The translations under genes were made by a program, and so were the position numbers. From assembly GCF_036971445.1 (NCBI RefSeq), contig NC_091478.1, positions 99,572,001-99,636,000 of the forward strand: 64,000 nt of DNA, in the 5' to 3' direction. This document shows, piece by piece, positions 62,455 through 64,000 of this stretch. The notes beneath the pieces are model-generated. The model was given only the letters and a program-made list of their open reading frames with translations. It had not been told where the DNA came from and ran no database searches. Positions within the stretch are counted from its first letter, which is position 1. Each line of letters begins with the position of its first letter. The stretch comes from Narcine bancroftii (Eukaryota).

Positions 62455-63110
62455 CAGATCAGATTTTCAGATTTCAGATTTATTGCCAGAGTAAATACAT
62501 GACATCACATACAACCTCTCTTTCCTGTGGGAAAGGCAAAATTACCCCTTATTGGTTGTGCAAAAAGACAGTACACAGTGTATACGTGTAAACAAATAAA
62601 GAACTGTAAACAGATAATGAATATAAACAAACTGTGCAATACAGAGAGAATAAAAAAATCAATGAAGTGCTCAATAAAGTCCTTAAATGAGTCTCTGATT
62701 GAGTTTGTTGTTGAGGAGTCTGATGGTGGAGGGGGAGCAGCTGTTCCTAAACATGGTGGTGCGAGTCTGGCGGCACCAATACCTCTTTCCCAATGGCAGT
62801 AGCAAGAAAGGAGTATGTTCTGGGTGGTGTGGATCCTTGATGCTTGCTGCTGCTCCCTGATGGCAGTGTACCCTGTAATTGTTTTGCCTGTGATGTTTTG
62901 TCCACTACCTTTTGGAAGGCTTTATGCCCAGGGGTATTGGTATTCCCATACCCAACTGTGAAGCAGCTGGTCAACACACTTTCCATCACACATATGTAGA
63001 AATTTAACAGGATTTCTGGTATCATACCTAACCTCCACAAACTCCTAAAGTAATAGAGGTGCTAAGGATGCCATTAGTGTGTTAGGTTCAACAAAGATCC
63101 TTCAAGATTA
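62455..63110 (-). mobile_element. Rex1/Babar 3' part
   Basis: LNFYICVMESVLTSCFTVGYGN..FQKVV in ORF 62747-63040; (atctga)n tail. Confidence 0.85.
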
Positions 63111-63119
63111 TGGCTTCTT

Positions 63120-64000
63120 AATCCTCCTTGCCAATGCCTTCTCATCCCCCCTTTGAGCTCTCCTGAGTCCTTTCATAAGTTCCTTCCTGGCTACCATATA
63201 ATTGTCATGAGCCCTTCCTGTTTACTGCTTCCTAAATGTAATTTATGCTTCCTTCTTCCTCCTAACTAGTTGCCTCACCTGTTTTGTCCAACGTAGTTCC
63301 CCTTTTCCTATCATCTTTTTCCTGTCTCAGTAGGACAAACCTATCCTGAACCATGTGCAAGTGGTCCGTAAATGTCCTCCACATCACTTTTGTACTTTCT
63401 GTTCCAAATTTTCTCTCCCTAGTTCCTGCCTCATCCCATCGTAATTATCCCTTCCCCAATTAAACCCTCTCTGATTTTATCTGCTTTTATCCTTGTCCAT
63501 AGCTATGCTAAAGCTCAGGGAGTTGTGGTGATTATCAATGAAATGCTCCCCCACCGAGAGGTCTGCCACCTGACCAGGTTCATTCCCCAGTACTAGATCT
63601 AGTCTCTCCTTGAGTCAACTGGTTCACGTACTCTTTCTTGGACACACCTGATAAACTCTGCCCCATCTATCCCTCTTGAAATTAGAAGCTGCCTATCAAT
63701 ATTAGGGTAGTTAAAATCTCCCATAACAACAACCCTTTAATTTCTGCACCATTTCAAAATCTGCCTATTTATCTGTTCCTCAGGGTGCTGAGGGCTATTT
63801 GGAGGCCTATGGGCTAATCCCAGTACAGTGAGGCTCCTTATTAATTTCTGTCTTTCACCCACACCAACTCAGTAGACAATTCCTCGACAACATCTACTCT
63901 CCTTCTAAATTGATTGTTGCATTCTTTGGAAATGTTGTCTGAGGACCTGGAACTCAGGTAGAGAATTTGTTAAAGGGCTGCCTGGGAAGTTGCCTCAAGG
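63120..64000 (-). mobile_element. CR1 ORF2 apurinic-endonuclease region, decayed; runs off the window
   Basis: Minus strand gives RPPNSP..QILKWCRN.RVVVMGDFNYPNID. Confidence 0.8.

Noticed and set aside
1-64000. CRISPR array, prokaryotic operon or defence system, endogenous viral gene
   Set aside because: No regularly spaced repeats, no gene-dense region and no viral protein motifs; all recognisable RT and nuclease motifs belong to vertebrate retroelements.

Overview
Eukaryotic, repeat-dominated DNA with no intact protein-coding gene. It is most likely from a cartilaginous fish (shark or ray), judged from HE1-like SINEs, shark-type CR1 tails and abundant Penelope and Rex1/Babar fragments. There are three N-gaps. 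Recognisable content is mostly decayed transposable elements: CR1, Rex1/Babar, L1, RTE, Penelope-like elements with decayed hammerhead motifs, solo LTRs, hAT and PIF/Harbinger MITEs, a Harbinger Myb/SANT pseudogene with an intron, and a tRNA-Thr-derived SINE. Three non-routine signals stand out. (1) A textbook neural-type microexon architecture on the minus strand (8 nt at 47186-47193, possibly a second of 6 nt at 48449-48454), which suggests the window lies in an intron of a large minus-strand gene. (2) Locally templated duplications, two of them near-perfect inverted copies. (3) A composite hAT MITE built from two inverted mini-MITEs. No complete novel biological system can be demonstrated from the sequence alone. 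Family assignments come from motif recognition by eye, not database searches, and the boundaries of decayed repeats are approximate.
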